From NCBI GenBank assembly GCA_048939995.1, contig JBHLOY010000011.1, positions 32,001-96,000 on the forward strand: a stretch of DNA of 64,000 nucleotides. Reading direction: 5' to 3'. A program made the position numbers and the translations under genes. Under the pieces are notes generated by a model. The model was not told the origin of the DNA, did not search any database, and saw only the letters and a list, made by a program, of their open reading frames with translations. This document shows positions 9,535-20,221 of this stretch, piece after piece. Position 1 is the first letter of the stretch. Each line of letters begins with the position of its first letter. This DNA is from Promethearchaeota archaeon. GTDB lineage: Archaea; Asgardarchaeota; Lokiarchaeia; Sigyniarchaeales; SOKP01.

Positions 9535-9912
9535 ATCTATTCAGAAAAAGTTTTAGATCATTTCAAAAATCCTCGAAACATGGGAGAAATGAAGGATGCA
9601 GATGCAATTGGCAAACATGGTAATCCTGTTTGTGGCGATTTGATGTACATATATATCAAGGTAAAGGAAGAAGGTGGAAAGGAAATATTAGAGGATATTT
9701 CTTTCCAAACATTTGGATGTGCTGCGGCTATAGCAACCTCATCGATGATAACTGAGTTAGCAAAAGGTAAAACCCTAGATGAAGCCATAAGGATAACTAG
9801 AGACGATGTGGCTGAGTCATTAGATGGACTTCCTCCTATCAAATTACACTGTAGTAATTTAGCTGCTGATGCTTTACATGATGCGATTGAAAAGTATCGA
9901 AAGAATAAATAG
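9535..9912 (+). CDS. iscU: Fe-S cluster scaffold protein IscU/NifU-N
   Basis: GNPVCGD, FQTFGCAAA and KLHCSNLA motifs. The conserved N-terminus YSEKVLDHFKNPRN lies upstream of ATG 9580, implying a start at ATC 9535. Confidence 0.9.
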   Translation: MYSEKVLDHFKNPRNMGEMKDADAIGKHGNPVCGDLMYIYIKVKEEGGKEILEDISFQTFGCAAAIATSSMITELAKGKTLDEAIRITRDDVAESLDGLPPIKLHCSNLAADALHDAIEKYRKNK

Positions 9913-10091
9913 AAACCATGTAAGGTTAAATTAATTGTAATCTGCACTCTATTAATATTTTAGTTATTAAAAATCAAAATATTTGTGAAATTATTAGAAA
10001 TAAAACCATTTTATTTTAGTTTTATAATCAGTATTTATAATAATTTCATTTACTTACTTTTTTATGGGTGTTACTAAATAGGTGAATTTGA

Positions 10092-13000
10092 GTGGAATCT
10101 AAAGAAAAAGTAAAAATAAAACTTGGCGGTATGACATGTGCTTCATGTGCATTAAAAATAGAAACCAAATTGAAAAGTCTCGAAGGAGTTAGTAGTTCAG
10201 TTGTAAATTTTGCTAATGAGGAGGCCACAGTAGAATACAATCCTTCTAAAACAAATTATAACACATTTAATTCTGCTATACGTAACTTGGGATATAAAGC
10301 ATCACTTGCAAAAATGGATCTGAAGGTAGCTGAAAGTGTAAGTATGGACGATTTTAAAAATCTTGAAACTAAAATCTTAAAGATTAATGGTATTAACAGT
10401 ATTAGGAGCAATTTTGAAACTAAGAAGTTCTTTATCGAGTTCAATGAATTAAAAATAACTGAAAATGAAATATTTTCAACAGTTAAAGGTTTTGGCTATA
10501 AAATTGAAAAAGTAGCCGGAGCTATTGATAAAGAAGTTGAACAACACAAAAAAGAAATGAGATACAGGTTAACTCTGCTTATTATTTCAATAATTTTTGC
10601 AGGAATTATTTCACCAATTAATTTTATTGTTCCTTTCTCCTTTACAAGAAATCTTATACTTACAATTTTAGCAACAGCTAACTATGCAATTTCGGGCTCA
10701 TTTTTCTTGAATGGAGCTTATAAATCTCTCAAAAATAAAACAACAAATATGGATGTTCTAATTGTCTTAGGAACCACTACAGCATATGTATATTCATTAT
10801 TGACAACTTTTTTCATTGAAGGTGAAGTCTTTTACGATGCAATGAGTATGATTTTAGCGTTTATTCTAATAGGTAAATATTTAGAACATAAAACGAAGGG
10901 TCAAGCTTCTGAAGCGATAAAAAAATTAATAGGATTACAACCTAAGAATGCAACTTTAATAAAAGATAATCAAGAAATTGAAATTCCAATCGAAGAGATT
11001 GAGATTGGGGATACATTGTTAGTTAGACCGGGTGAAAAAGTTCCAGTAGATGGGACAGTAATTGAAGGTAAAACTAAAGTCGATGAATCAATGATTACAG
11101 GGGAAAGTAAATATGTCAAAAAAGAGATAGGAGATAATGTCATTGGAGCCACGGTAAATCAAACAGGATTAATTAAGATGACAACAGAGAAGATTGGTAA
11201 AGAAACCCTTCTTTTTCAAATTATAAATTTTGTTAAAGAGGCTCAAGCTCGAAAAGGATCAAGACAACGCTTAGCAGATAAAGTAAGTAGTTATTTTGTC
11301 CCTATTGTTATTATTACCGCAATTACTGCTTTTTTAGGTTGGTATTTCTTTGGAGGCCCAGATATTGGACTTGAAGGAGCATTATTGGTTTTTACGTCTA
11401 TTGTAGTTATATCTTGTCCCTGTGCTCTTGGTCTAGCAATCCCAACGGCAATAATGGTTGGAACTGGAAAAGGTGCTGAAAATGGAATTTTAATGAAAGG
11501 AGGAGATTCTTTAGAAGCTGTAAATGATATTAATACAATAGTTTTTGATAAGACAGGTACATTAACGATAGGAAAACCGAAAGTTACTAAAATCTTTTCT
11601 GAAAAAGATTTAAGAAATACCGGATTGAATTCAAGGGATATTCTTTATTTTGCTGGTAGCGCTGAAATGGGATCTGAACATCCACTAGGACAAGCTATAA
11701 TTGAGGAAGCAAACCAAAAAGGTCTATCACTTATAACCCCTAAAGATTTTGACGCTATTCCAGGAAAAGGAATAATTACAAATATAGATAGTAAGCAGAT
11801 TAGAGTAGGTAATGCAAAATTATTTTCGGAAAATCAAATCTCTTTTAATGAATTTAATTCCAAATATAATGAGTATCAGCAAAATGGATATACAACTGTT
11901 TTAGTTGGCATAGATGATGAAGTTAAAGGATTAATTGGTATAGCTGATAAAGTGAAAGATCAAGCTCCATACGCTTTAGAAAAACTGAGAGAAAAAGGTT
12001 TAGAAATCTACATGTTAACTGGTGATAATATACAAACAGCATTAAGTATTGGAAAAGAGTTAAATTTTGATTCAAACCATATATTAGCAGAAATATTGCC
12101 TAATGAAAAGGCTCTTACAATAAAAAAGATTCAAGAATCTGCGGAAAAAGTAAAAGTGGCAATGGTTGGGGATGGCATAAATGACGCTCCTGCATTAGCA
12201 CAGGCAGATGTTGGAATAGCAGTCGGATCAGGAACTGATGTAGCAATTGAGACCGCTGATATTGTGCTTATGAGAGGAGATTTAAGAAATGTAGTTGCGG
12301 CAATTAATTTATCTCAGAAAATATATCGAAAAATGATAACAAATCTATTTTGGGCATTTATATATAATATTATTGGAATTCCACTAGCAGCTGGGTTATT
12401 ATATGCGTTTACTGGATTTTTCCTTCCTCCATATTTAGCTGCCATATTTATGGCTTCAAGTTCTGTTTCGGTCGTTACAAATGCGTTGTTTTTAAAAAGG
12501 TATGAACCAAAAACTAAACAACAAATCGAAGAAATGAAACTTTTAACTGAAAAGAGAGTAATAGATCCTATATGCGGAATGGAAATTATTCCCAGTCAAT
12601 CAATTGAATACAAATATAATGGAAAAGAATATTATTTCTGTAGTGCAGTATGTGAAAAAGAATTTAAATCAAATCCAGAAAAATATGCTACCTTTGAAAA
12701 TATTAATCCAAAACTTATGCAAAAATCAACAGATTCATCAATATTGGTAACTGATCCTGTTTGTGGAATGACCGGAAAACCAGAAGATTGGATTGAATAT
12801 GAATATTTGGGTAAAAATTATTATTTTTGCAATCAATCTTGTTTAACAGAATTTAAAAATATTCCTGAAAAATTCATTTCTAATAACCAAGATTCTGAAA
12901 AAAATATTAATCAATTACAAAAGGAGGAAATTAAAAAAATGGCAAAATTAATATGTGATGAATGTGGATTCGAACAAACAATCCCAATGCATTGTGGTAA

Positions 13001-13106
13001 ACCAATGCATCAAGAAGGAGACCAACTAGTTTGCTGGATGGGTGATTCTTGTGGTTCTGAACCTATTCCTAAGCATCATGGTAAGGCTATGAAATTAGTT
13101 CAATAA
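10092..13106 (+). CDS. copA: Cu(I)-translocating P1B ATPase with two C-terminal YHS/TRASH domains and a Cys/His-rich tail
   Basis: GMTCASC, TGES, CPC, DKTGT, SEHP, GDGIND, YN and MAASSVSV-like motifs; DP[IV]CGM...YYFC twice. Confidence 0.93.
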   Translation: MESKEKVKIKLGGMTCASCALKIETKLKSLEGVSSSVVNFANEEATVEYNPSKTNYNTFNSAIRNLGYKASLAKMDLKVAESVSMDDFKNLETKILKINGINSIRSNFETKKFFIEFNELKITENEIFSTVKGFGYKIEKVAGAIDKEVEQHKKEMRYRLTLLIISIIFAGIISPINFIVPFSFTRNLILTILATANYAISGSFFLNGAYKSLKNKTTNMDVLIVLGTTTAYVYSLLTTFFIEGEVFYDAMSMILAFILIGKYLEHKTKGQASEAIKKLIGLQPKNATLIKDNQEIEIPIEEIEIGDTLLVRPGEKVPVDGTVIEGKTKVDESMITGESKYVKKEIGDNVIGATVNQTGLIKMTTEKIGKETLLFQIINFVKEAQARKGSRQRLADKVSSYFVPIVIITAITAFLGWYFFGGPDIGLEGALLVFTSIVVISCPCALGLAIPTAIMVGTGKGAENGILMKGGDSLEAVNDINTIVFDKTGTLTIGKPKVTKIFSEKDLRNTGLNSRDILYFAGSAEMGSEHPLGQAIIEEANQKGLSLITPKDFDAIPGKGIITNIDSKQIRVGNAKLFSENQISFNEFNSKYNEYQQNGYTTVLVGIDDEVKGLIGIADKVKDQAPYALEKLREKGLEIYMLTGDNIQTALSIGKELNFDSNHILAEILPNEKALTIKKIQESAEKVKVAMVGDGINDAPALAQADVGIAVGSGTDVAIETADIVLMRGDLRNVVAAINLSQKIYRKMITNLFWAFIYNIIGIPLAAGLLYAFTGFFLPPYLAAIFMASSSVSVVTNALFLKRYEPKTKQQIEEMKLLTEKRVIDPICGMEIIPSQSIEYKYNGKEYYFCSAVCEKEFKSNPEKYATFENINPKLMQKSTDSSILVTDPVCGMTGKPEDWIEYEYLGKNYYFCNQSCLTEFKNIPEKFISNNQDSEKNINQLQKEEIKKMAKLICDECGFEQTIPMHCGKPMHQEGDQLVCWMGDSCGSEPIPKHHGKAMKLVQ

Positions 13107-13111
13107 TTTAT

Positions 13112-14386
13112 TTAACTTTTTTTTCTAATTTTCAACCAAACTTCTAATAGTATAAATATTAAAAGTCCTATTCCCGTAAGTATTGCTGCTACTATAAATG
13201 AGACCTGATATGCAAAATTTTCTCCTATATTTAGTGTAATTATATCTATAAGTGGTCCAGATAGAATTGTAGAAGGTAATCCCCAAGAAAGGAAAAAAGT
13301 GGCATTATACAATCCAAATAGTTTAGCTCGTACTTTTTCTGGAATTAAATTCGATGCAATTGTATAAGAAGAAGCTGAAATGATTACTTCACCTGCTCCA
13401 ATAAAAAAACTACCCATAAAGATTAAAAATACACTCGATGTTAAAGCAGTGATAATTAGAGCAATAATGGCTAAAAGAATGCCGAAAATTAGCGTTCTGG
13501 AATGACCTAATTTTCTACTTAAAAAAGCAGCACAAAATCCAATGATTATGACTGCTACAGAGCGCGTATTAGCAATAAATCCTATTACTACAGAATCTAA
13601 ATTAAAACCTGAAGGCAAAGAAAGGAATGGACTATATGTTGTAGCTATTGAATTTCGTCCGAAATTAATAAAGAATAAAGCTAAAATGAATATTGAAAAA
13701 ATAATTTTATATTTGGATTTAAATTTATTATTTCTGCTTTCTTCACCTTTGTACGCTCCCATACTTTTATGAATACCTCCTTCAGGAGCTAATAACATAG
13801 GAAAAGTCGAGATAAACATTACTGAGGATGCTATTATAAAAAGCATTCCATTTCTGAATCCAAAACCATTATCATAAAGATATCCTCCTATAATAACACC
13901 AATTATCCTTCCAAGACCACCAATACTGGTTAGTTGCCCTATAATACGACTTCTATCATGCGATGGATAAATATCGCTTATAAGAGCACTCCATCCAATA
14001 TTAGACATAGACCAAAAGGCTTCAATACAAGTTAACCCAATAATAATAACTAAACCTGCGAGAAATAAATTATCGAATCCATAATGAATAAACCAAACAA
14101 GAATAGTTCCTATTCCTGCCAATATTTCACCCAGAATTATTAATGTTCGACGCTTCTGGAATCTATCACTAAGGGGTCCCCACACTACATTTTGGAAGAA
14201 TACACTCATTATCATAGGCAAAGTTGCATAAAGTGTAACAAGAGTCATAGAAAGAAATAAAAAGTATCTCATATACAGTGATAAAAAAGTGTAAAACAAA
14301 CCTCTTCTAAACATTGCTAGTATTTGAAAAGATGACAATCCCAGAAAGGTTTTTGTTAGGTTTTTCTTTATCTTGTTTAATACCAC
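13112..14386 (-). CDS. MFS transporter
   Basis: About 12 TM segments; GPLSDRFQKRR (motif A). Confidence 0.85.
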   Translation of the reverse strand: MVLNKIKKNLTKTFLGLSSFQILAMFRRGLFYTFLSLYMRYFLFLSMTLVTLYATLPMIMSVFFQNVVWGPLSDRFQKRRTLIILGEILAGIGTILVWFIHYGFDNLFLAGLVIIIGLTCIEAFWSMSNIGWSALISDIYPSHDRSRIIGQLTSIGGLGRIIGVIIGGYLYDNGFGFRNGMLFIIASSVMFISTFPMLLAPEGGIHKSMGAYKGEESRNNKFKSKYKIIFSIFILALFFINFGRNSIATTYSPFLSLPSGFNLDSVVIGFIANTRSVAVIIIGFCAAFLSRKLGHSRTLIFGILLAIIALIITALTSSVFLIFMGSFFIGAGEVIISASSYTIASNLIPEKVRAKLFGLYNATFFLSWGLPSTILSGPLIDIITLNIGENFAYQVSFIVAAILTGIGLLIFILLEVWLKIRKKS

Positions 14387-14496
14387 TCTAAATATCTCGA
14401 GAAAATAGATTAAAAATTAAAACATTAAAATATTGAATACTTCTTGAATTTTTACGAAAAATTTTATCTTCCCATTTTTGAAAAATTAGAATAATT

Positions 14497-16809
14497 TTAC
14501 GCAAAAATATCTATTTCTTTTTTTGGAAAAATAGCAAAAATCTTAGATATTGATTTTCCAGATAATAACTTCTCTTGAATTTCAGAATAATTTGGAAAAT
14601 ACTCATGCAAAATTTTATAAATATTTTTCCATTGTCGTTGCTTTTCGGTTCTACCTTCTAATCGTTTTCTTATTTTAGAAAATTGAGCTTTTGATTTCTT
14701 CCTTTTAAGATTCCTTATAAATTGTTTTACTATTTCCATCTTTTCTTTTTCAAATTCTTTTGGTCTAAAATTAGCATATGAATAAGCCAAAACCTCATCT
14801 GAAATGGGAGAGAAACTGATAATTTTATCCTCAGGCTCATTGGGATTTTTTAAGAGTCTTAATTCAATATTTTGTTCATTAATAGTCTCAAGTATTGGGT
14901 AAAGTTCTCCAGGTGTAATTTTTGTTTTTAACTGAATTTCTGAAGCTATTTCAGATATGGGAAATTGGAATTTTGGGTATTTGTCTTCATTTTCCATTCG
15001 ATAAATGTATTCATTCTTTAAGATATCAATAATGGAATCCTTTAAAGAGTCTGGAACATCTTTTTCTGTAAAAGAAATTATTGATTCTTTTTGTTTTTTC
15101 TCAGTCACCCTTTCTTCTCTTAGTTTCTTGCTATATGTACTTGTAAGTGAGGATACAAAAATATCTGAAGCTTTATCTTGTTCTGAGCCTTTATTTAACT
15201 TAAATAAATCCGGAGATTTTTTTTTCATTGTTTCATATAATCTCTCAGATAAGTAAGATTTTGCTTTTTTCTGTGCTATTTCCTTCTTATCGAATTTTTC
15301 TATAACTGATACAAAATCTATAAATTTTTGAATCACACCATAATCATCCTTCACCTTTCTAATGAGAACGTCGATATCACCATCAACTAATTCATTAATA
15401 AGTGAATAAATAGCATTTTTAGGGAGATTCGTTGCTTTTATTAACTCTCGATCCATAATTTCAATAGGATAAGCTTCCCCCCTTCGGATATATTCACTTT
15501 TTAATAACTTGTATATGATTTCCATTTTTTCCTCTTCTCTATTAATAGTTTCTTTTTGTAATCGAATAAACATAGAAGTTTCATGTGGTTTTATATAATA
15601 TCCTAATAGAGTAAAACCTAGAAATAAAATCATAAGAATTGAAACAACATATTTATCAAACATTAAAAAATTTCCGATAATGCTCATTTCTTGGTTGGAA
15701 ATTTGGGCTTCTAATCCAAAGCGAGTTAATGTTTGAGCTACAACGCATCCTAAGATCAACATTATCAACCCATCTCTCTTAAACACAAAGATTTGCCATC
15801 CAAGAGATCTCCCTAGTTTTAATATGATCCTATATAAAAATAGCATAGAAATTATAAATTCAAAAATAAAAATAAAGGAAACTGTAGAACTAGTAGCACC
15901 AACTTTAGCTTTTAAAGCGTCTATAGTTTCTGGTCTTAATATTAAGAAAATACTTACCTGAAATATTTGAAAGAAGAAAATAAAGAAAACAATTAATGAA
16001 AAAGTATAATTATCATACACTCCTGCTCTTTTTGTTTCTGCCTTTCTACGAGTGAATATAAATTCAAAGAAAATGAATAATAGTGTCATTATAAGACTGA
16101 AATAAATCAATGGCATTACTAGTCTCATTTCTGTTTGATATACTTCAACAGCTTCTTGAGGAGCTGTGGATCCTAGAAAGTCTAAAGATAGAAATACTAG
16201 TAAGAGTCGATAAAACAAAGCTAATAAAATTAATGAACCTACAATTAAATAAGGAGAGATTCCAGCTAAAAATTTTCGCGTTGTTGAATATTTTGCTATA
16301 AGTTTTGCTTCTAATCTCGTAGCGAATTTTCTGGAATACATATAAAACCTAGCACTCAGTAAAATCAGCCAAATTGTAGATAACAGAAACAAATAAGTCA
16401 TAAAGTTTAAGTTTGTTGAAAATAGATATAGAAAAAGCAAATAAAATATAACTCCTGCTCCTATATAAATAATCAATTGCTTAATCGCCGAATGTTCTTC
16501 AAAAATGAAATGTCTTATCTTATTATGACTGTAAAGAAAAGATAAAAGAATAAATAAAGCAACGATAGTATTTCCAATTAGGAATACTTGTTCAAAAAGT
16601 AATGGAAATGTTATTTCGGATATATTCATTAAAATTAATAATAGTAAAGATATTAAAATAAACATACTATAAATTCCTAAAAATTTTTTACTGAAAGCAT
16701 AAGATTTAGGAGGTTCCTTTCCTTCAACATAAATCTCCTTAATGAATAATCTATTGTAAATTGGTTTTAACTTCTTTCTAATGTTAAGCAGTATCCGTTT
16801 AGATTTCAT
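14497..16809 (-). CDS. Polytopic membrane protein with a cytoplasmic C-terminal region containing two winged-helix-like repeats
   Basis: About 11-12 hydrophobic helices in the first 410 aa; repeated I..ILK.EYI.R...[YF]PI..[MI]..E[LI]...T motif in the tail. Confidence 0.7.
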   Translation of the reverse strand: MKSKRILLNIRKKLKPIYNRLFIKEIYVEGKEPPKSYAFSKKFLGIYSMFILISLLLLILMNISEITFPLLFEQVFLIGNTIVALFILLSFLYSHNKIRHFIFEEHSAIKQLIIYIGAGVIFYLLFLYLFSTNLNFMTYLFLLSTIWLILLSARFYMYSRKFATRLEAKLIAKYSTTRKFLAGISPYLIVGSLILLALFYRLLLVFLSLDFLGSTAPQEAVEVYQTEMRLVMPLIYFSLIMTLLFIFFEFIFTRRKAETKRAGVYDNYTFSLIVFFIFFFQIFQVSIFLILRPETIDALKAKVGATSSTVSFIFIFEFIISMLFLYRIILKLGRSLGWQIFVFKRDGLIMLILGCVVAQTLTRFGLEAQISNQEMSIIGNFLMFDKYVVSILMILFLGFTLLGYYIKPHETSMFIRLQKETINREEEKMEIIYKLLKSEYIRRGEAYPIEIMDRELIKATNLPKNAIYSLINELVDGDIDVLIRKVKDDYGVIQKFIDFVSVIEKFDKKEIAQKKAKSYLSERLYETMKKKSPDLFKLNKGSEQDKASDIFVSSLTSTYSKKLREERVTEKKQKESIISFTEKDVPDSLKDSIIDILKNEYIYRMENEDKYPKFQFPISEIASEIQLKTKITPGELYPILETINEQNIELRLLKNPNEPEDKIISFSPISDEVLAYSYANFRPKEFEKEKMEIVKQFIRNLKRKKSKAQFSKIRKRLEGRTEKQRQWKNIYKILHEYFPNYSEIQEKLLSGKSISKIFAIFPKKEIDIFA

Positions 16810-16938
16810 AGTAAAGAGAATATTTAATTTAAATTTATATAAATGATTTTTTTCTTTTATAAATTAGTATCTTTATGGTCTAAAAAATGTCCTTTAGATA
16901 AAGTCTTTTTAATAAAGTAAAAAAGTTGAAAGCTTAAG

Positions 16939-17250
16939 TTGAAACTTTTAAAAATATTCAAAAATAATAATAATATGAGCATGGAAAACCAGCAAGATAA
17001 AGATACGATCTTAAAATTTGTCAAACAAGCAATTGAGATGCTCTGTGAAAAAAATATTTCTGAGGTAGTTATACTTTCTTCTTATAAAATTAACTCTATT
17101 CTAAAAGAAAATTATGGAGTTGATATTAGAGTTGATAAGATCGGCAGAATTTTGAGTAATATCGCCGAAAGAAATCAATTAAAAAGATTAAACACTAACA
17201 TACCAAAATACAAGTTAAAAATTTCTAAACTTTCATCATTGCAATTTTAA
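16939..17250 (+). CDS. Small basic winged-helix-like protein
   Basis: SSYKINSILKENYGVDIRVDKIGRILSNI pattern; probable start at ATG 16975 or 16981. Confidence 0.6.
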   Translation: MKLLKIFKNNNNMSMENQQDKDTILKFVKQAIEMLCEKNISEVVILSSYKINSILKENYGVDIRVDKIGRILSNIAERNQLKRLNTNIPKYKLKISKLSSLQF

Positions 17251-17261
17251 AAATAGATTTC

Positions 17262-18635
17262 CTATTTTAATTGGCGAAAATCAGATATAACCTTTTGAAG
17301 GCGTTCAATTAATTCTTCAATCTCTTTATACTTTTCTCTAATTGGATTAGAATCTAAATTAAGATCTTCAATCTCTTTATTCAAACTTGCGGTGAACTTT
17401 GAGCTGAGTATTTTATTTTCATTAATCATATTCTCAGAGAGATTATTCATATTTTTATAAACTTCATTAATAATATCTGAAGATTTAAGCACTAAGGGGC
17501 TAATATTAGACTCTGTCTGTTTGATATTATATAGTTTGACCTCTTCATAAGATATTTTTTCTTTTAGATTCTCTACGAGTTCCTGCAAATTCTTTTCGAT
17601 AATAATTTTAATCTCCTCAGAAATCGTTTCAAATGTCTTTGAAATGTCTACTGTAAACTCTTCTTGGGCTTTGATTCTTCTGTTAATATATTCTGAGACG
17701 TTTTTAATGAATACATTTGAAATCTCAGTAAAACTTCGGTCAAAATAAATCTGTATATCTTCAAGACCTTTTTCAATAGAATTTTTCATTTGACTAACAC
17801 TGCTTCGAATATATTCGGTACCTTTTAACGATCCATTGCGAATATCAATCATCCAACGAGTCAATTGTTCTTTGTAGGCGCCTATGAAGGATTCGGCAAA
17901 TTTTGAGGTTCCTTCCTTAAACCCTGAAAAAACTGGTTCGATTTGCGTATTGAATTCATCCAAATCGCCATTTATAGCAACTTCCACTTTTGGTATTTCT
18001 TGAAGTTCTTCAACTGAAGGTTTTCTAATTTCTTCAAATTCATTGATAATAATTGGAGTTTTTCTTTGAGTGTCTTCCACAAGTTCTTTTATCCATTTAT
18101 AGAAATCTAAGGTTTGAGGAATTTCTAACTCATATTGAACTCTCAAATATTCACTATCGGTTCCTTTTGATAAATTTTTCAATCTAAAAATTTCAAATCC
18201 AAAATTATTTTCTATATTCAGTAAGGAACAATCAAAAATTATGATAAATCCATATGGATTTTTTTCATTTTGGAAATATAATTGATTACTTTTGTCTGCA
18301 TGAGAAAGGAAAAACCCTCCTTTTAATCTCGAATGGTACCATCCAATAATTTTAAGATTAGTAGTAGATACTCTCTCCTCGATCTGCATAATTTTTTCAT
18401 GCATTTCCTGGGAAAATCCTAATTCTGCTATATCTCCATGGGATACGGGAATAACATTTAAAATATTAAGTGTTTTTTCTATTGTTTCCCCGATACATAT
18501 TCCCAAAACCTCTTGGTTTTCATCCAATGATTCATTTGAAAATCTTGCTATGTGAGTAAGCATTTTTCTGAAAGCATCATTTTTAATGAACACTTTCCAA
18601 TCGCTTGCTACTTCTATTTGCTTTTCATTTGACAG
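17262..18635 (-). CDS. MPN/JAB domain protein with a degenerate JAMM motif (MPN-) plus a long helical/coiled-coil tail
   Basis: QEVLGICIG...IIGWYHSRLKGGFFLSHAD: the second Zn-ligand His is replaced by Arg. The frame extends upstream of GTG 18593 to CTG 18635. Confidence 0.8.
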   Translation of the reverse strand: MSNEKQIEVASDWKVFIKNDAFRKMLTHIARFSNESLDENQEVLGICIGETIEKTLNILNVIPVSHGDIAELGFSQEMHEKIMQIEERVSTTNLKIIGWYHSRLKGGFFLSHADKSNQLYFQNEKNPYGFIIIFDCSLLNIENNFGFEIFRLKNLSKGTDSEYLRVQYELEIPQTLDFYKWIKELVEDTQRKTPIIINEFEEIRKPSVEELQEIPKVEVAINGDLDEFNTQIEPVFSGFKEGTSKFAESFIGAYKEQLTRWMIDIRNGSLKGTEYIRSSVSQMKNSIEKGLEDIQIYFDRSFTEISNVFIKNVSEYINRRIKAQEEFTVDISKTFETISEEIKIIIEKNLQELVENLKEKISYEEVKLYNIKQTESNISPLVLKSSDIINEVYKNMNNLSENMINENKILSSKFTASLNKEIEDLNLDSNPIREKYKEIEELIERLQKVISDFRQLK

Positions 18636-18650
18636 TTTATAACACTCTCA

Positions 18651-20096
18651 CTATTTTAATTCTTTTTTTAGGTCTCTAATTGTATTATGAAGATTTTTCT
18701 TTTCATTCTCTAACTTTTCGATTTTATTTAGAACTGGACTTTTAGACCCCTCAAGAACTAATATAGCTGCTTTAAGATCAGCTAGAACCTTTTTCAAATC
18801 CTTGTCTAGATCAGAAAAGATCGTTTGAATATTTAAAATTCTTTTCCTAAAGTTACCTAAAATTATTTCTTGATTTTCTTCAATTGCTCCTTTAATTCTA
18901 CTCTTAGTTGGTTCGATCATATTATTAATATTTTCTATTTTATTGTAATTTTCCTCTAAATCTTTTAATATTGATTCATTAGTCTTATGAATTTCATCCA
19001 AATCTTCCAAATTATTATTAAATTTATTTAACATTTCAGTTATCTTAGGTAGAAACTTAAGATCGATTCCTTCATGTATTTGTTTCATAAGATTTTCCTT
19101 AAAAGCATCAATTTGTTGTTTCATGTTAGTAAAAATCTCATCAAGATCATCAAGTTTATCATCAATATAGAAATCTAATCCTTTCAACTTATCTTGTAAT
19201 GAGAAATTATATGACTTTTGAAGTCTAGTGATCCCCCCACTTAAATTTTCTTTAAGTTGGATTAGATCATTCCTTATTTGTGAAGTATTATAATATGTTT
19301 TTTTTATAATTTCTTGACTCCATAAATTAAGAATTTGAATTAGAGGCTCAATAGATGAATCGATAAATATAGAAAAACTTTCTTTAAGATTGTTCAATAG
19401 AACTGGGATTGATATTTCTGGGATTTTGCTTTCTAACTGTTTCTGCTCAGGAAAAAAGATATCCCCAAATAATTCTGTCGTTTCATTTAATTCAAGAATA
19501 GGTGGCTCTTTTGAGTAGATATTATTTATAAGATCAACTATTTTCTCGTAAAATTCAAAACTATCTGGAGGTTCGACTATCGCTTTAACTTCATAATATT
19601 TAGAGTTTAAGCCCTTTGAAGGGTCTAATAATCTGAAAACTCTGAAACCTAAATCACCTGATTTTTCTAAGAAAGCATGATCAAATACAATTCCTAATCC
19701 ACTAGGATTTTTATCTTGCCAAAAAAGCTGGTTAAAGATATCAGTACTAGAGAAAAAGATTCCCAGATTGGGATGTGAATGATACCATCCTACAGTAAAC
19801 CAATTTTTATCACCATGTTCCTCCCAGATTTGCCTATCAATTTCACCAAAAGCACCAAGTTGTTCTGGGGAAAATTTGACCTCTATAGAACCACCATGAG
19901 ATATAGGGATAATATCTTCCACTATAACGTCTTTAATTTCTCCTTCACCAGTTTGATACCCTATTAACATGCCCATAACTTCTTTATATTCATTTACTGC
20001 TTGTGTTTTAGATCCAAATCGAAGAACATGGACTAACATTTTATAATAGGCCATTGGCTTGATAGTAACAATACTAGCGTCTGTAATTTTGCCCAT
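18651..20096 (-). CDS. JAMM/MPN+ metalloisopeptidase (Rpn11/CSN5-like) plus a long helical/coiled-coil tail
   Basis: KEVMGMLIG and GWYHSHPNLGIFFSSTD give a complete E...HxH-x7-S-x2-D motif. Confidence 0.88.
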   Translation of the reverse strand: MGKITDASIVTIKPMAYYKMLVHVLRFGSKTQAVNEYKEVMGMLIGYQTGEGEIKDVIVEDIIPISHGGSIEVKFSPEQLGAFGEIDRQIWEEHGDKNWFTVGWYHSHPNLGIFFSSTDIFNQLFWQDKNPSGLGIVFDHAFLEKSGDLGFRVFRLLDPSKGLNSKYYEVKAIVEPPDSFEFYEKIVDLINNIYSKEPPILELNETTELFGDIFFPEQKQLESKIPEISIPVLLNNLKESFSIFIDSSIEPLIQILNLWSQEIIKKTYYNTSQIRNDLIQLKENLSGGITRLQKSYNFSLQDKLKGLDFYIDDKLDDLDEIFTNMKQQIDAFKENLMKQIHEGIDLKFLPKITEMLNKFNNNLEDLDEIHKTNESILKDLEENYNKIENINNMIEPTKSRIKGAIEENQEIILGNFRKRILNIQTIFSDLDKDLKKVLADLKAAILVLEGSKSPVLNKIEKLENEKKNLHNTIRDLKKELK

Positions 20097-20221
20097 TATT
20101 TGTCACTTAATCTATCAAGTTTAGATATAGTTAACTTTTGTAATATTTATAATTTATCTCATTTAAAAATTGATTTAAGCAATTATAAAAAATAAAATTA
20201 GAGAAGTGTCTAATATCAACT

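Noticed and set aside
9558-9947. Antisense ORF over iscU, and similar short ORFs nested in or opposite long genes (e.g. 1186, 6241, 8728, 22584, 26993, 39510, 41458)
   Set aside because: They are shadow frames of well-supported genes and show no motifs of their own.
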